This document shows positions 1-11,150 of a DNA stretch of 64,000 nucleotides, piece by piece. Where the stretch lies: positions 38,905 to 102,904 of the forward strand of contig JBNZDD010013545.1 in the NCBI GenBank assembly GCA_050575255.1, given 5' to 3'. Under the pieces are notes generated by a model that saw only the letters and a list, made by a program, of their open reading frames with translations, was not told the origin of the DNA and ran no database searches. Position 1 is the stretch's first letter; every line of letters starts with the position of its first letter. The position numbers and the translations under genes are program-made. The stretch is from Harriotta raleighana (Eukaryota).

Positions 1-175
1 CCTTTTTTGTTGGATGGGCGTCTCAAAACAATGACCAAGATGGCTGGTGTGTGTAGTGACTATGTTTGTTGTGTGTGTTTGTGCGCGCATGCGTGCATGG
101 CATCTCAGAGCGCCCTTTGAACAATGGAACACTCCCACCCGCGTAACGCCAGTCAGACGAGACGGGAATCCTTAC

Positions 176-514
176 TCTGGATATCGGGGTACAAGATCAT
201 GAAGAGCAGCCCCCAGCGGAGGGTGGTGGAGGTGGTCTCGGTACCGGCCCCAAAGAGGTCCATGGATGTGATGATCAGACTGGGCTCAGTGAAGCTGGTG
301 TTGGGAGAAGCCTTCCTCTGCATGTGGTATCCAGAGAATCAGTGGGAGGAACAATGTTGCAAAGCAGCCATAGTCACTCACAATATAGCCAATCCCTGGT
401 AACATACAGTCACTTTACAGTATATATCCCGCACGTAAAGCAATGGCTGGGAATATTGACTGCATGATGGCTTAAGTCAGTTTGGTTCTCTCCCGCCCCT
501 CAAGCGAAACAACT

Positions 515-557
<43 letters not shown>

Positions 558-3500
558 TTGGAGTGTTAGATTGTTGGGAAGGAGAGAATCATGGATTTAC
601 TTAATACACCAGTGTCGACAACAACAACAACATCTATTAAATCTTCCAGTGCTACCTTCTCACACTCCACTAAGAAGGCATCGATGAAGTCATTTGGCTC
701 GTCGGGGTTCCAGACTTCCTTGTGCTTGGTGACTATTTCCTTGATGAATTCAATTATCTTCATCTGGAGCTCAAAGATTCTGCGATGGGGGCCGGGGAGG
801 CGCTCAATAAAGGGGAACATGTTCAGCAGCTGCAATAGAGGAACACTCACTCACTCAGTCGGTCGGGACATTCTCCCAACGTGAAAGGCGCTCTATAAAT
901 GTAATATTGTTGTTGATGTTGTGGGTGGGTGAGTGAGTCAGTGAGTGCCTTGGAGGGCAGTTTGGTTGAAGGTTTTTATGCGTGGAGAGCTTAGCATATT
1001 AGAGACTTCACTTCTTATACTATCGCCTTATACCTTAGCCCAAAAGCCACCCTCCAGGATTATTGACTCATCAATTATCTTCAGTAACTGAAGGAATTTC
1101 TTGTCCTTGTAGTCAAAACGATCGCCAAAGATGAGGGAGCAGATGATGTTGGAGGCAGCGTTGTTAATTTTGAAATGTGGGTCAAAAGGGTGACCTAATG
1201 GTGGGAGACGGACAACAATTACCTATCAAACCATCACAAGGTCGGTTCGGATTATGATGATAATAATATAATAATCTTTGCATTTGATAATGCAGCTTTT
1301 CACATCTTACCGACGTCTCAAAGTGCTTCACAGAATATACTGTAAAGTGAATTGACTGAATATTTGTGGGCGAAACATGGCAGTCGATTGCGCACAAAAG
1401 CGTCCCCACAAACAGTCGTGGATTGAAATGACCAATTTTATTATTGTGGGTTTTTTAGAGGGATTATTATCAGACGTGTGTGTGTGGAGTAAGGAAACTT
1501 GCCCAAGGTTTCGCCCTGACTTGCCTAGATTCGAACACGCTTGTAAGGCAAGTGCTCTAATCACTGAGCCACAGGAGCCATTATATCATAATACTGTATA
1601 TGAAAAGGAGTTGACCATTCAGCCCCTCAAGCCTGTTCTGCCATTCTGTTAGATCAAGGCTGACCTTTACCTCAACGCCATATAATAATAATAATTCTTG
1701 CATTTGATATAGGGCCTTATCACGTTTTCGAGACATTTCAAAGTGCTTCAGAGGATACTGTAAAGGGGTGGTTGACTGCGTACAGTATTTTGTGGGTGAA
1801 ACTCGGCAGCCAATTGCGCCCAGCAGTGTCCCACAACCAAATGTAGATTGAGTGATTATTAGAAATTATTATAATTTTGGGTGGTGGGGGGAAAAAGACC
1901 CTTTCAGTCCATCTGATCTGATCTGGCCTCCACCACCTGCCCCACCCCCATCACAAAATCTTGGCCTTGTTCCCTCCGAGGAGGCTATTTCACCTGGACA
2001 TTAATCACTCACCGATCTCGGCTTCTAAGACTTCGTTTAAAAAGCCGGCCTCCTCCACGATTCGGGACTCCATAGATTTCTTCCCCATCCCAAAGTTCTT
2101 CAGTGTGGAGAGAGCAAACCTCCTCTGATCTCGCCACCATTGGTTGTTCCTTGCAAAGAGAATGCCTACAAAGGAACGTTTGGAGGGGGACAGTCAGAGG
2201 AGGCGAAGAAGTGAGAGTGCTGCCAGCTCATGTCGCGAGGCACGGTTTATATAGATCTGAACGCGGTGCGAATGCAAACTGTGGTGGTTGAACCCGGGAA
2301 GCAGATTGGAGTTGGAGGGGTGGGGGGTAAATCCCTGTGCGTTTAAAAGGGGGGATGTTGATTAAATCACAAACATACTAATAACAATCCACAATCCTTC
2401 TGACTCGCAGGCAAGAGTGTGACCACTGAGCCAGCGATGACATACCTCCAAAGCCATCCAAACTAAGATAGAGAGACATGACATTAACCACTCACAGTCA
2501 ATCCACTTTACAATACAAAATTGGGAGATGGGCGCTTTGGTCGCGAGTGACTCGGGAATAAATCAAGGAATAATAATATTAATTGTGATAATCCTCGCCT
2601 TTGATAGAACGCCTTTGAACTTTGTTGAGACGTCTCAAAGTGCTTCACAAAACTTAGTGTAAAGTGGATTGCCTATGTATTTTGTGGGCAAAAGAACAGC
2701 AACCAATTTGCGCACACTGGAGTCCCATTGATAGTTGGGGATTGAGCATCTTAATTATTTTTTATTTCTTTTTGACGGGATTATTAACCCAGGGAAGCGT
2801 TTTTCCCACCAATCGACTAACAGCCATTTACTGCCGGGTAAACAGAGGCGGGCGAAGTAAGGAAATTTGCTCAGCCGTGGGGAATGGAACCCGGCTCCTC
2901 TCGCTCGTGAAGCCAACGCGATAACCACAGGAGTTCTGTGGGGGGGGGGGAAGAGGTGGTGGAGCGGGTGGTCGGGAGGGTATGGTCATTGCCAGAGGGG
3001 AGTTGAGGAAAACAAGTGAAAATTACCTTCCCCGAACAGCTTTGTGAATTTCTCGTATATTTGAAAGATCGGGCGATCAGACAAGTCGTTGCCTTTCTTC
3101 ACCAGGCCCTCCTTGATGGTCTCGTAGCCATTCAGCACCACCACGTCTGTCCACCCAAACTGCAGGCTGAATATGTTGCCGAACTGTTGGCGGAGCTTTG
3201 AAGGAACAAGGCCAACCAGTTACATTCGCACAGCGCTTTTCATCCCCCAAGGCGATGGACAGTTAAGGGTTTTGCCCCTGAGCTGGATTGGTGTTGGACT
3301 CGAAGAGGGTTGGAGGTTAAGGGGGCTGGGAATGGGATGGAGCTCCTGTAGCTCAGTGGTTAGAGCACTCGCCTTACAAGAATGAGACCTGTGTTCGAAT
3401 CCAAGCAGATCAGGGCGAAACCATGGGCAAGTTTCCTTTCTCCACATACACGCACGCACCTAATAATAATCCCTCCAAAAAAAACCACAATAATAAAATT

Positions 3501-4403
3501 GGGTCATTTTCAATCCACGACTGTTTGTGTGGGGGACGCTGTTGTGCGCAATTGGCTGCCGCACTTCTCCCACAAATCTCCAGTCAATTCACTGTGAAGC
3601 CCTTTGAGACGTCGATAAGATGTGAAAAGCGCTATATCAAATGCATGGATTATTATTATTATTATTATTATTATGACTGAAGACCCGGTTAAAAAGGAAG
3701 CACTTAAGATAGGCCTTGGAAGGAGGTGAGAAAGGGAGTGAGTTGGGGGTGTTTTGTGGATGGAGTTGCAGTGGATGTGGGCAGAACAGCTGGAAGCCCG
3801 ACCGACAAGAGCTCTGAGACATCCAACTGGCGTGAAAGGCGAGGTACTAAATGTGAGGATTACTATTGCGATTGAAGGCAAATAGGCTGAAAGTTAAACT
3901 AGAAGAGTGAACGAGCCCATAGCCTCCCAGACTTATTGTCCCCAGAGTACATTGACCTCCGTTGTAATATCGTTCCGTTCAAAGTTTACAATGGCAGATT
4001 GGATATAGACATGGGTGTGTCGCTTACACACCTTTCCCAGTAAATAACAGGGTTAAAAGGACACAGAGTGAAGGAATGGAAGGAAACGGCAGGAAATCGC
4101 AAAATTTAACCAGACAAATATTACAGAGAAAGACACTTAACCACAGAGCTCGGAGAGAGCAAGAGAGAGAGAGACACACATTAGTTTCTTTACCTTCTCA
4201 AACGATGCAAAAGGGTTGGCGTTGCTAATGTGGAAAACACTCCCAATGAAAGGCAGCGTCCAGGGTCCCGGGGGATAGTTGTCACACTTTCGCCTCCTCT
4301 TCATGAAGTCAAAGACCAGAGCGAAGACTGTGCAGAACATCGCCAGCAAAGTGACTTTGCCAAAAGCTCGGCTCAAGAACTGAGGGACATTCAAGAACTC
4401 CAT
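176..4403 (-). CDS. Cytochrome P450 family 2 (CYP2D/CYP2J-like), exons 1-6 of an expected 9; 3' part lies beyond the window start
   Basis: Exons with GT-AG boundaries and consistent phase: 4194-4403, 3027-3195, 2013-2165, 1034-1194, 656-829, 176-317. Translation shows a membrane anchor followed by KRRR..YPPGP, then [76 protein letters not shown] and the I-helix [28 protein letters not shown]. Exon sizes (153/161/142) are typical of CYP2. Subfamily cannot be assigned by eye. Confidence 0.95.
517..556. repeat. (TG)n microsatellite
   Basis: About 20 TG units. Confidence 0.95.
1262..1579 (-). mobile_element. tRNA-derived Deu-domain SINE, near full length
   Basis: Reverse complement of the family consensus: tRNA-like head, core CTGTTTGTGGG..CAATTGGCTGCC, tail GAAGCGCTTTGAGACGT..ATCAAATGCAAGG(ATT)n. 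Confidence 0.85.
2575..2935 (-). mobile_element. Deu-domain SINE, longer diverged variant (contains CTCTGTTTACC..GCAGTA segment)
   Basis: Head, core and tail recognisable on the minus strand; more diverged than the short form. Confidence 0.7.
3341..3673 (+). mobile_element. tRNA-derived Deu-domain SINE, full length
   Basis: A box TAGCTCAGTGG, B box GTTCGAATCC, core, stem-loop tail and (ATT)n end. Confidence 0.9.
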
Positions 4404-4825
4404 GTTTCCCAATGAGACTATCTGTGCCTAACTGAGCAACCGAGGAGAGATCAAAACTCAATGCGGGCGGGACTTCCTGGGATTAGAACAGGTCTGGGAG
4501 AGATTCTGGAAACTGTAGTTTTTAATGCTGATCTATGCTTTGCGCATCTTTATCATGTACCAAAACATGGTCACCCAAGCTACGGCTGTTTGTGGGACAC
4601 TTTGAGACGCTTTGAGACGTCTCAACTGCGTGATAAGGCGCTGTGTCAAATGCAAGGATTATTATTATTAGATAACTCCAATCTTATTCCCGTCAACAAG
4701 TTGCATTTGCACTGAATTTAGATAAACCGCGTCTCGCGATATATCAGCCTGTGACTGAGCCGTGAGCAATCTCACCTAAAGTTGGGGTTTGAGCCCCTAT
4801 TTTGGGGGAGAGAGAGGGGGGCTGT

Positions 4826-5110
4826 CAGCTGTTAGAGCATTTGCCTTGCGAGCGAGAGACCTGGGTTCGATTCCCAGCAGGGCAAAAACCTTGGGCAAGT
4901 TTCCCTACTCCACAAGCCTGATAATAATCCCTTAAGAAAGAAAAACGAATAATAATTTGGTCACTCAATCCACCACTGTTTGTGGGGGACACCGCTGTGC
5001 GCAATTGGCTGCCACGTTTCGCCCACAAATATACAATCAATTCACCGTACGGTACACTGCGTGAATAAGATGTCCCCGAAGACGTGAAAACTTAAAAATG
5101 CAAGGATTAT
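4826..5110 (+). mobile_element. Deu-domain SINE upstream of the CYP2 gene
   Basis: Same head, core and tail motifs as the other copies. Confidence 0.8.
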
Positions 5111-6140
5111 TCATGAATCTGCTATTGTATGCTCGTCTGGGGAGGGGGGGGGGATGGGGGAATGGGGGAGGGAGGAGGGAAATATTTGCATCACAGCCTC
5201 AATTTTAATGAGTTCAAATTCCAAATGCAGTTCAAATCAATCACCTGAATGCAGCGGCTTCAACCAAAGCCAATTTGCTTTCTACCCGGCAGCGACCAGT
5301 GGATGTGAGAGGAGAGGACAGAGGCAATGCACGTCTCCTCCATCACCAGGAGATGGCGACTAAACGCTTCCTATCATTCACAGGACACAGCGAGACGTGC
5401 TACGACCAGCGCCTGTCCGATCACATCATCGAGACGTCGCAAGGCGCTTTCACAGCGACACCCTGTAGGGTCTAAAACACTATACGACAGTGGAAACAGC
5501 CATGGATGGGTGGGTGTGGGGGGGGGGGTCCCAGAATTTATTTCAGGGATTGATGGCCAGGCCCGCGAGAGAGAAAAACTCCTTTCTCTTTACTCTAACG
5601 AGCACTGCGGGCTCGTTAAAGTCCTCCCGAACATAGAGACGGGACCTAGTCTACGTGATTCCATGTCCCGATGTGTGTCGGAGGAGTGGGATTGGTGGTG
5701 GGGGGGGGGTTTTGACACCCACACGTTGCTTGGTACACACTGCCACAGGCAAACCAGATGTCGGCGTCTAGTCCAGTCAAGTAAGAACATGAACCAAAAC
5801 ATCTGCAAAGGGAAACAAGTGCATTTCGACAAGAAAGGACGCTAAAACCACTCTTTAATTTTGCTTACAAAATTAATAATAGTACAAAAATGGTTCCACA
5901 GAAAACGAGAGGAGGTGGGGGGAGAAGGGGGGCAGGGGCTGGGATGGTGGGAGGGGAACGGGGGGGGCGGGGAGAAAGNGAGGGGGGGGGGGGGGGGGGG
6001 GGGGGGGAGAAAGAGAGGGGGTTGTCTTTTCCCCCCAACACCCCCATCCCCACCACCAACACCTCCCTCCCACCCACCCCTTTTCTCTGCCCGCTTCTGC
6101 ACAAAACTGCCGCATCGTGTCGGGAAAGTCCGGGTCATGT

Positions 6141-6146
6141 TTTATT
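6141..6146 (-). terminator. Polyadenylation signal AATAAA of the intronless MAPRE gene
   Basis: AATAAA about 135 nt downstream of the stop, followed by a GT/T-rich stretch. A second signal, ATTAAA, lies at 5854-5859. Confidence 0.5.
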
Positions 6147-6280
6147 CCCACTCCCTCCCCCCACATCCCTCACCATCCTCTCCGCCCCCCCCCCCCACCC
6201 CCCCACCCCACTGTCCTCCTCCTATCACTTCCCCAAACCACCTCTTCCACCACCGTCACCTCCTCCCCACCGCGACTCCC

Positions 6281-7228
6281 TCAATACTCCTCCTGTTCGT
6301 GTTCCTCCGGACGCCACTCGCCGGGTTGAGCGAAGGTGTCGCCCACACTGTACAGCACCTTCTTCACCCGCTGGGCAAGCTCGTGGCCGTCCGCCTGGTT
6401 CCGTTGGCAGATGACCTCGATGCCCCTCAACTTCCCAAAGTAAAAGTCCCTCTCCTTCTCCAGCTCCTCCAGCGTCGCCTTCAGCGTCTTCACCTCCTCC
6501 CCCAGCTCGGCCGCCTGCGTGTCCCCGTTGCCCGCCCTGCTCGGCCGCTCCCGGTTCCCACCCCCCGCCCCCCGCAGCCGGACCCCCGTCTTGGTGGGGC
6601 CCGGAGTCGCGGCCTTGGGGATGGCTGCAACGCCTCCGCCCTGCGACCTGGACAGGTGGGTCCCGGACGAGGTGGACTTGATCCTGTCCGGGACGGCGAG
6701 ACCGCCCACTCCACGGCCCCCATCGGTGCTCAGAGTCTTCTTGGGCTTGTTGAAGACAGCGGCGTCCTGGTGACGGTTGAGTCGGTTATCGGCGGTCGTC
6801 GCCGTCGTCGGAAGAGGAGGAGGAGGAGGAGGAGGCCCCACCGGCGGAGGCTCGCACTCCCTCCGACTCTTGTAGTTGGCATCGAAGAACCTCTTGAACC
6901 ACTGGACAAACTCAAAGTTGTCCTGGAACTTGCCCTTGACCAGCCTGTCCACCGGGATGATCTTCTCCACTCGGGTCTTCTCGAAAGCCAACTGCAGCAC
7001 CTTGAAGTTGTGGATGAACTCGTGCTCCAGCCTGGCCTGGAACTTGACCTTCTTGAGGCCGACGCAACCAGGGAACAACATGTCCATCAGCTGACAGTAG
7101 GCGACGCCCGAGCAAAGCTGCTCCGTCTTGGCGTAAGCCAACCCCAGAGACTCGTTGACCCAAGCCAGCATCTCGTGCCGGCTGAGATTGTCATTAGTAG
7201 CCGAGGGGCAGTGGACATTAACTGCCAT
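6281..7228 (-). CDS. Intronless microtubule end-binding protein (MAPRE/EB1-EB3 family), 315 aa, probable retrogene
   Basis: Single uninterrupted ORF: CH domain ([60 protein letters not shown]), Pro/Gly-rich linker, EBH coiled coil ([20 protein letters not shown]) and C-terminal EEY tail. Strong Kozak context GCGATGG. Confidence 0.93.
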   Translation of the reverse strand: MAVNVHCPSATNDNLSRHEMLAWVNESLGLAYAKTEQLCSGVAYCQLMDMLFPGCVGLKKVKFQARLEHEFIHNFKVLQLAFEKTRVEKIIPVDRLVKGKFQDNFEFVQWFKRFFDANYKSRRECEPPPVGPPPPPPPLPTTATTADNRLNRHQDAAVFNKPKKTLSTDGGRGVGGLAVPDRIKSTSSGTHLSRSQGGGVAAIPKAATPGPTKTGVRLRGAGGGNRERPSRAGNGDTQAAELGEEVKTLKATLEELEKERDFYFGKLRGIEVICQRNQADGHELAQRVKKVLYSVGDTFAQPGEWRPEEHEQEEY

Positions 7229-7288
7229 CGCCTCGGGCCTGGCCTTTTCAGTTTCCTTTAAGCCCCAGGCTGGTCACCGCTCTGCTCG

Positions 7289-7296
7289 CTTTTATA
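7289..7296 (-). promoter_or_regulatory. TATA box (TATAAAAG) of the intronless MAPRE gene
   Basis: Consensus TATAAAAG on the minus strand about 60 nt upstream of the ATG at 7228. Confidence 0.55.
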
Positions 7297-7679
7297 GACA
7301 AATTTATAAATTATTATATATATATATATATTTATATACAGTATATACTGCCCTCGTTATTTTACTCGTCAGCCTCTTTCTTCCCTTGTCCCCCTCTCTC
7401 CCACCCCTTTCACCCCAGCTGTTTAAGATGCTAAATCCGTGATGTAGGTGCAATGTCACAATAGTTTCTCCCCGACCTCCCCCCACCACCTCCCCCCCAC
7501 CCCATGTGTGATGTACTCGCTCACTCACTTGCTTTCAATGTATTGGTTTAAATCAAAGCAACCCGTCAACTAGCGTTCCAATGCACGTGGAATCTGTATC
7601 GCTTTTGTTTCAAGGGATCTTCTTCCAAAGGAAAATAATCAGTTTTGGGGGTTTGCCAGAGCCAATCGAGGGGATGGAT

Positions 7680-8006
7680 TTCCGTGTGTGTTAGACACAC
7701 ACACACACACACACACACACACGGCTGATCGCGGTCATGGGTTTCCGCGGGTGTCAGACACACACACACACGCGCGCGGCTGATCACAGTGATGGGTTTT
7801 CACATGTATCAGACACACACACACACACACACACACGGATGGTCACCGTGACAGGTTTCCGCGGGTGTCAGACACACAAACACACGGCNACACACACACA
7901 CACACACACACACACACGGCTGATCGCGGTCATGGGTTTCCGCGGGTGTCAGACACACACACACACACGCGCGGCTGATCACAGTGATGGGTTTTCACAT
8001 GTATCA

Positions 8007-8043
<37 letters not shown>

Positions 8044-8130
8044 CTGATCGCGGTCATGGGTTTCCGCGGGTGTCAGACACACACACACACACGCGCGGCT
8101 GATCACAGTGATGGGTTTTCACATGTATCA

Positions 8131-8167
<37 letters not shown>

Positions 8168-8240
8168 CTGGTCACCGTGACAGGTTTCCGCGGGTGTCAG
8201 ACACACAAACACACGGCTGGTCAGGGTTTCCGTGTGTGTC
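7680..8240. repeat. Compound minisatellite: (CA)n tracts alternating with GGCTGATC(G/A)C(G/A)GT(C/G)ATGGGTTT..GT(G/A)TCAGA units
   Basis: About 10 units visible directly. Contains an N at 7889, so copy number is unreliable. Confidence 0.9.
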
Positions 8241-8750
8241 AGGCAGCTCTCCATCCCACCAAAAGTACAGTATTAAATTTCGAACGGGATTTGGGGGTTT
8301 GTGGCCTTGCCAGATAAACAACTACCTGTGGGTCAACGAAACCTCAGCCATTCGAGTAAATCAACACTAAGGTTCCACATGTCAGCATTCCACACAGTGT
8401 GGGGGTGTCACAATGACTGGAACTGTTCCCGTTCACAGTGATCTCCACGCTCTCTCTCTCTCTCTCTCTCTCTCCATTCAAACGCGCTAACGACGATAAC
8501 CAATAGCCGTGAGAGACACAACATTGGTCTGCGTTACAGAGGGACTTGACTAGAGATTCTAGAGTGGAACGAGGGAACGCACGCAAGACTTTCATTGAAA
8601 CCTCAGGCAATTGGGACGGACCCGAGCTGTAGTTTCACCGCTCGTCATACGTTATCAGCCTGTGGCTCGTGCGGTAGCGCTCCGTCTCACTTGGGGAGTC
8701 AGAAGGTTGTGGGTTCGATCTCCGACCCTGCCACCAACCCAGTCACTCGA

Positions 8751-8787
<37 letters not shown>

Positions 8788-9842
8788 CGCGCACACATTT
8801 CAGGCTTTGATCTCAGGCCTATGTTGACTCGCCAATGCATTGCACTGCACTGTTGGGAGTTGCCAAACTTCAGATGAGACATTAAACCTCACTCCCTGCC
8901 TGTGCTCTGTTCAGGTTAACGATCCCCACGGCATTATCGTTGTCTTGGATAAACTTCCCTCCGTCTCTCACACCAACGCACATAAATCTCATGCAGCTTC
9001 AAGCCTTTAAAGACCTATATGTCTTTCAAGCCGGTAGATATTGCATTACTTATTACGGGTCTGTTAAGATTGTCACCCACTCAGCAACGCAAAGACTCTC
9101 TATGTGCCCTTGAGAATTCCTCAAATTTGCTCTACTCAGGTGTCTCAAATTAACATCGATACCCAGAAGAAAAATGCTTGTGAATGGGTACTCACAACAG
9201 CACTCTGTGCTGTGTTACTGACCTGTGCAGTTTAGTTACTGCAAACAAACTCCCTCATTGTTCGGGAGCGATTTCTCCCAGAGGTTTACGTAAAGGAATT
9301 GGAGAGAAGGACGGGAGTGGAGGTGGAGGGGGTGGGGGGGGGGGGGTGCTCATGGTCAAAGAGGAAAGTCTGCAGTTGCGATCGAAATACTAATACTAAT
9401 ACTACTACTGTACCACTACTAATAATTCTTGCAGTTGGTAACAGCTTTTGTATCGAGAGGAGGACGCCTCAAAGCGCTTCTCAGGATTCCCGTCACGGAC
9501 AGTGATTTTATGCGTCCGTCTGCGTGCGATTGGGTGAAGACTAGAGGCTGCAAAACGACAGATAAACCCGTCTTCACAGCCAGATAACCCACTAACCTAC
9601 ACGGAGGGAATAATAAGCCACTCATCCGCCTCCAAACGCACCTCGCTCCTCGGCATTGGATGTTCCATTTAAAGGGAAATTCAAAGTTAAACGTTTCCCT
9701 CAGCGCCTTGGGACGCCCTCCCACATGTGATGTTGCCGTTGTTTATTTGGTAGCCCAATTCCGCGCGGCGACGTCCCAGAAACAGCCCCGAAAACAAGAC
9801 TTCCTCTCGCTTCCTCCCACGCAATCAATAGTGTCTAGAGAG

Positions 9843-10168
9843 TAGTGGATTCCCAACCTTTTTTTTTCGCGCTGCGACACAAATTAGCCTCCAACCGATC
9901 CTCCCACCACTAGGGAGCGACATCGCGACTGAAGCTCAGCTCAGCCAAAACATTACCTCTGTCTGTTTTGTGGACTCAGCGCACAAATACGCTCTCTATG
10001 TCAAATTGGTCAGGGATTTTGGATTTATTTTTTTTAGCATTAAAAGCTTTTTTTTAGAAGCGTTAAAATTTTCACCATGAAAGAAATAAATTCTGATAAC
10101 CCTTCGCGACCCTGCTGAGGACGTCCGCGACCCTGGTTTGGGTCAGGACCTGAGGTTGGGAAGCACTG
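9843..10168. mobile_element. Non-autonomous hAT (Charlie-like) DNA transposon / MITE
   Basis: Imperfect TIRs TAGTGGATTCCCAACCT ... AGGTTGGGAAGCACTG. GTCTAGAG occurs on both flanks (9833-9840, offset by 2 nt, and 10169-10176), matching the NTCTAGAN target preference of Charlie elements. Confidence 0.7.
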
Positions 10169-10445
10169 GTCTAGAGAATAGAGTGTGTAAGGTGCACAAA
10201 CAGCGAGCAGTAAGGGTTAAATTAAAGTCTTTTACTTTGAAAACAATTGGGATTGGGGTGCGAGTAAGAGCAAACAGGTTGCTTTCTTAAGACAGAATTA
10301 GCTGCCTCACACTCTCCCTGGGGCTCTGTCAGACTGACTTACTGACTGACTGGCAGATTTCCTCTGTTATCGTGGAGGCCAGCTGCCGAGTGGTAAACAG
10401 CACGCCTGACATCTCATGGTCCTCACAACACACTAGCGCACACAA

Positions 10446-10476
<31 letters not shown>

Positions 10477-10829
10477 CAGGTGTCAATGCAAAACTCGTAC
10501 TGCTACGTTGACAACAACACTGCAGTTACCCTTCGAGCTCCCGTCTGCCTGTTCAAGTAGACGTCAAAGCTAGAGATCCCGCGGCAACATTGGAAAGGAC
10601 GAACGAGACCAAAGACCAGTGTGCTGGCCAACAATTCCCCCCAGAAAGATTATTTATTCAATACCATAACTGTCTGTGGAATGTTGCTGTGCGCAAGCTG
10701 GCTGCTGTTTCGCCCACAGCCTATCCTCTGCGAGGTATATTTTGTGAAACGCTTTGAGACGTTCTTCAGACGTGATAAGGCGCTAAACGAAATGCAAGGA
10801 TGATTATTATTAGCATTCTAGAATAACAA

Positions 10830-11150
10830 TACTGATAATCCTTGCATTGGATAAAGCGCTTTTCACATCTTCTAGATCTAGACATCTCAAAAGCGCTTCA
10901 CAGAATCTACTGTAAAGTGAACTGACTGTATATTTGTGGGCGAAACGCGACAGCCAATTGCGCACAGCAGAGTCCCCACAGACAGCCGTGGGTTGAAATG
11001 ACCAATATCATCGAGTTTTTTTTGGGAGGGATTATTAATAGGGGTGTGGAGTAAGGAAACTTGCCCAAGGTTTCGACCTGACCTGGCTGGATACGAACAC
11101 TGGTCTCACACTTGTAAGGCGAGTGCTCTAACCACTGAGCTACAGGTCTC
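10830..11150 (-). mobile_element. Deu-domain SINE, full length (tail-to-tail with a partial plus-strand copy at about 10660-10810)
   Basis: Family motifs on the minus strand. Confidence 0.85.

Noticed and set aside
3341-3415. tRNA-like sequences (also about 28655 and 54465)
   Set aside because: They are SINE heads running directly into the SINE body, with no proper acceptor stem.
5861-7261. 466-aa plus-strand ORF
   Set aside because: Antisense shadow of the GC-rich MAPRE ORF plus poly-G/poly-C low complexity; no recognisable domain.
7680-8240. Repeat-spacer pattern resembling a CRISPR array
   Set aside because: The spacers are (CA)n microsatellites rather than unique sequences; vertebrate context with no cas genes.
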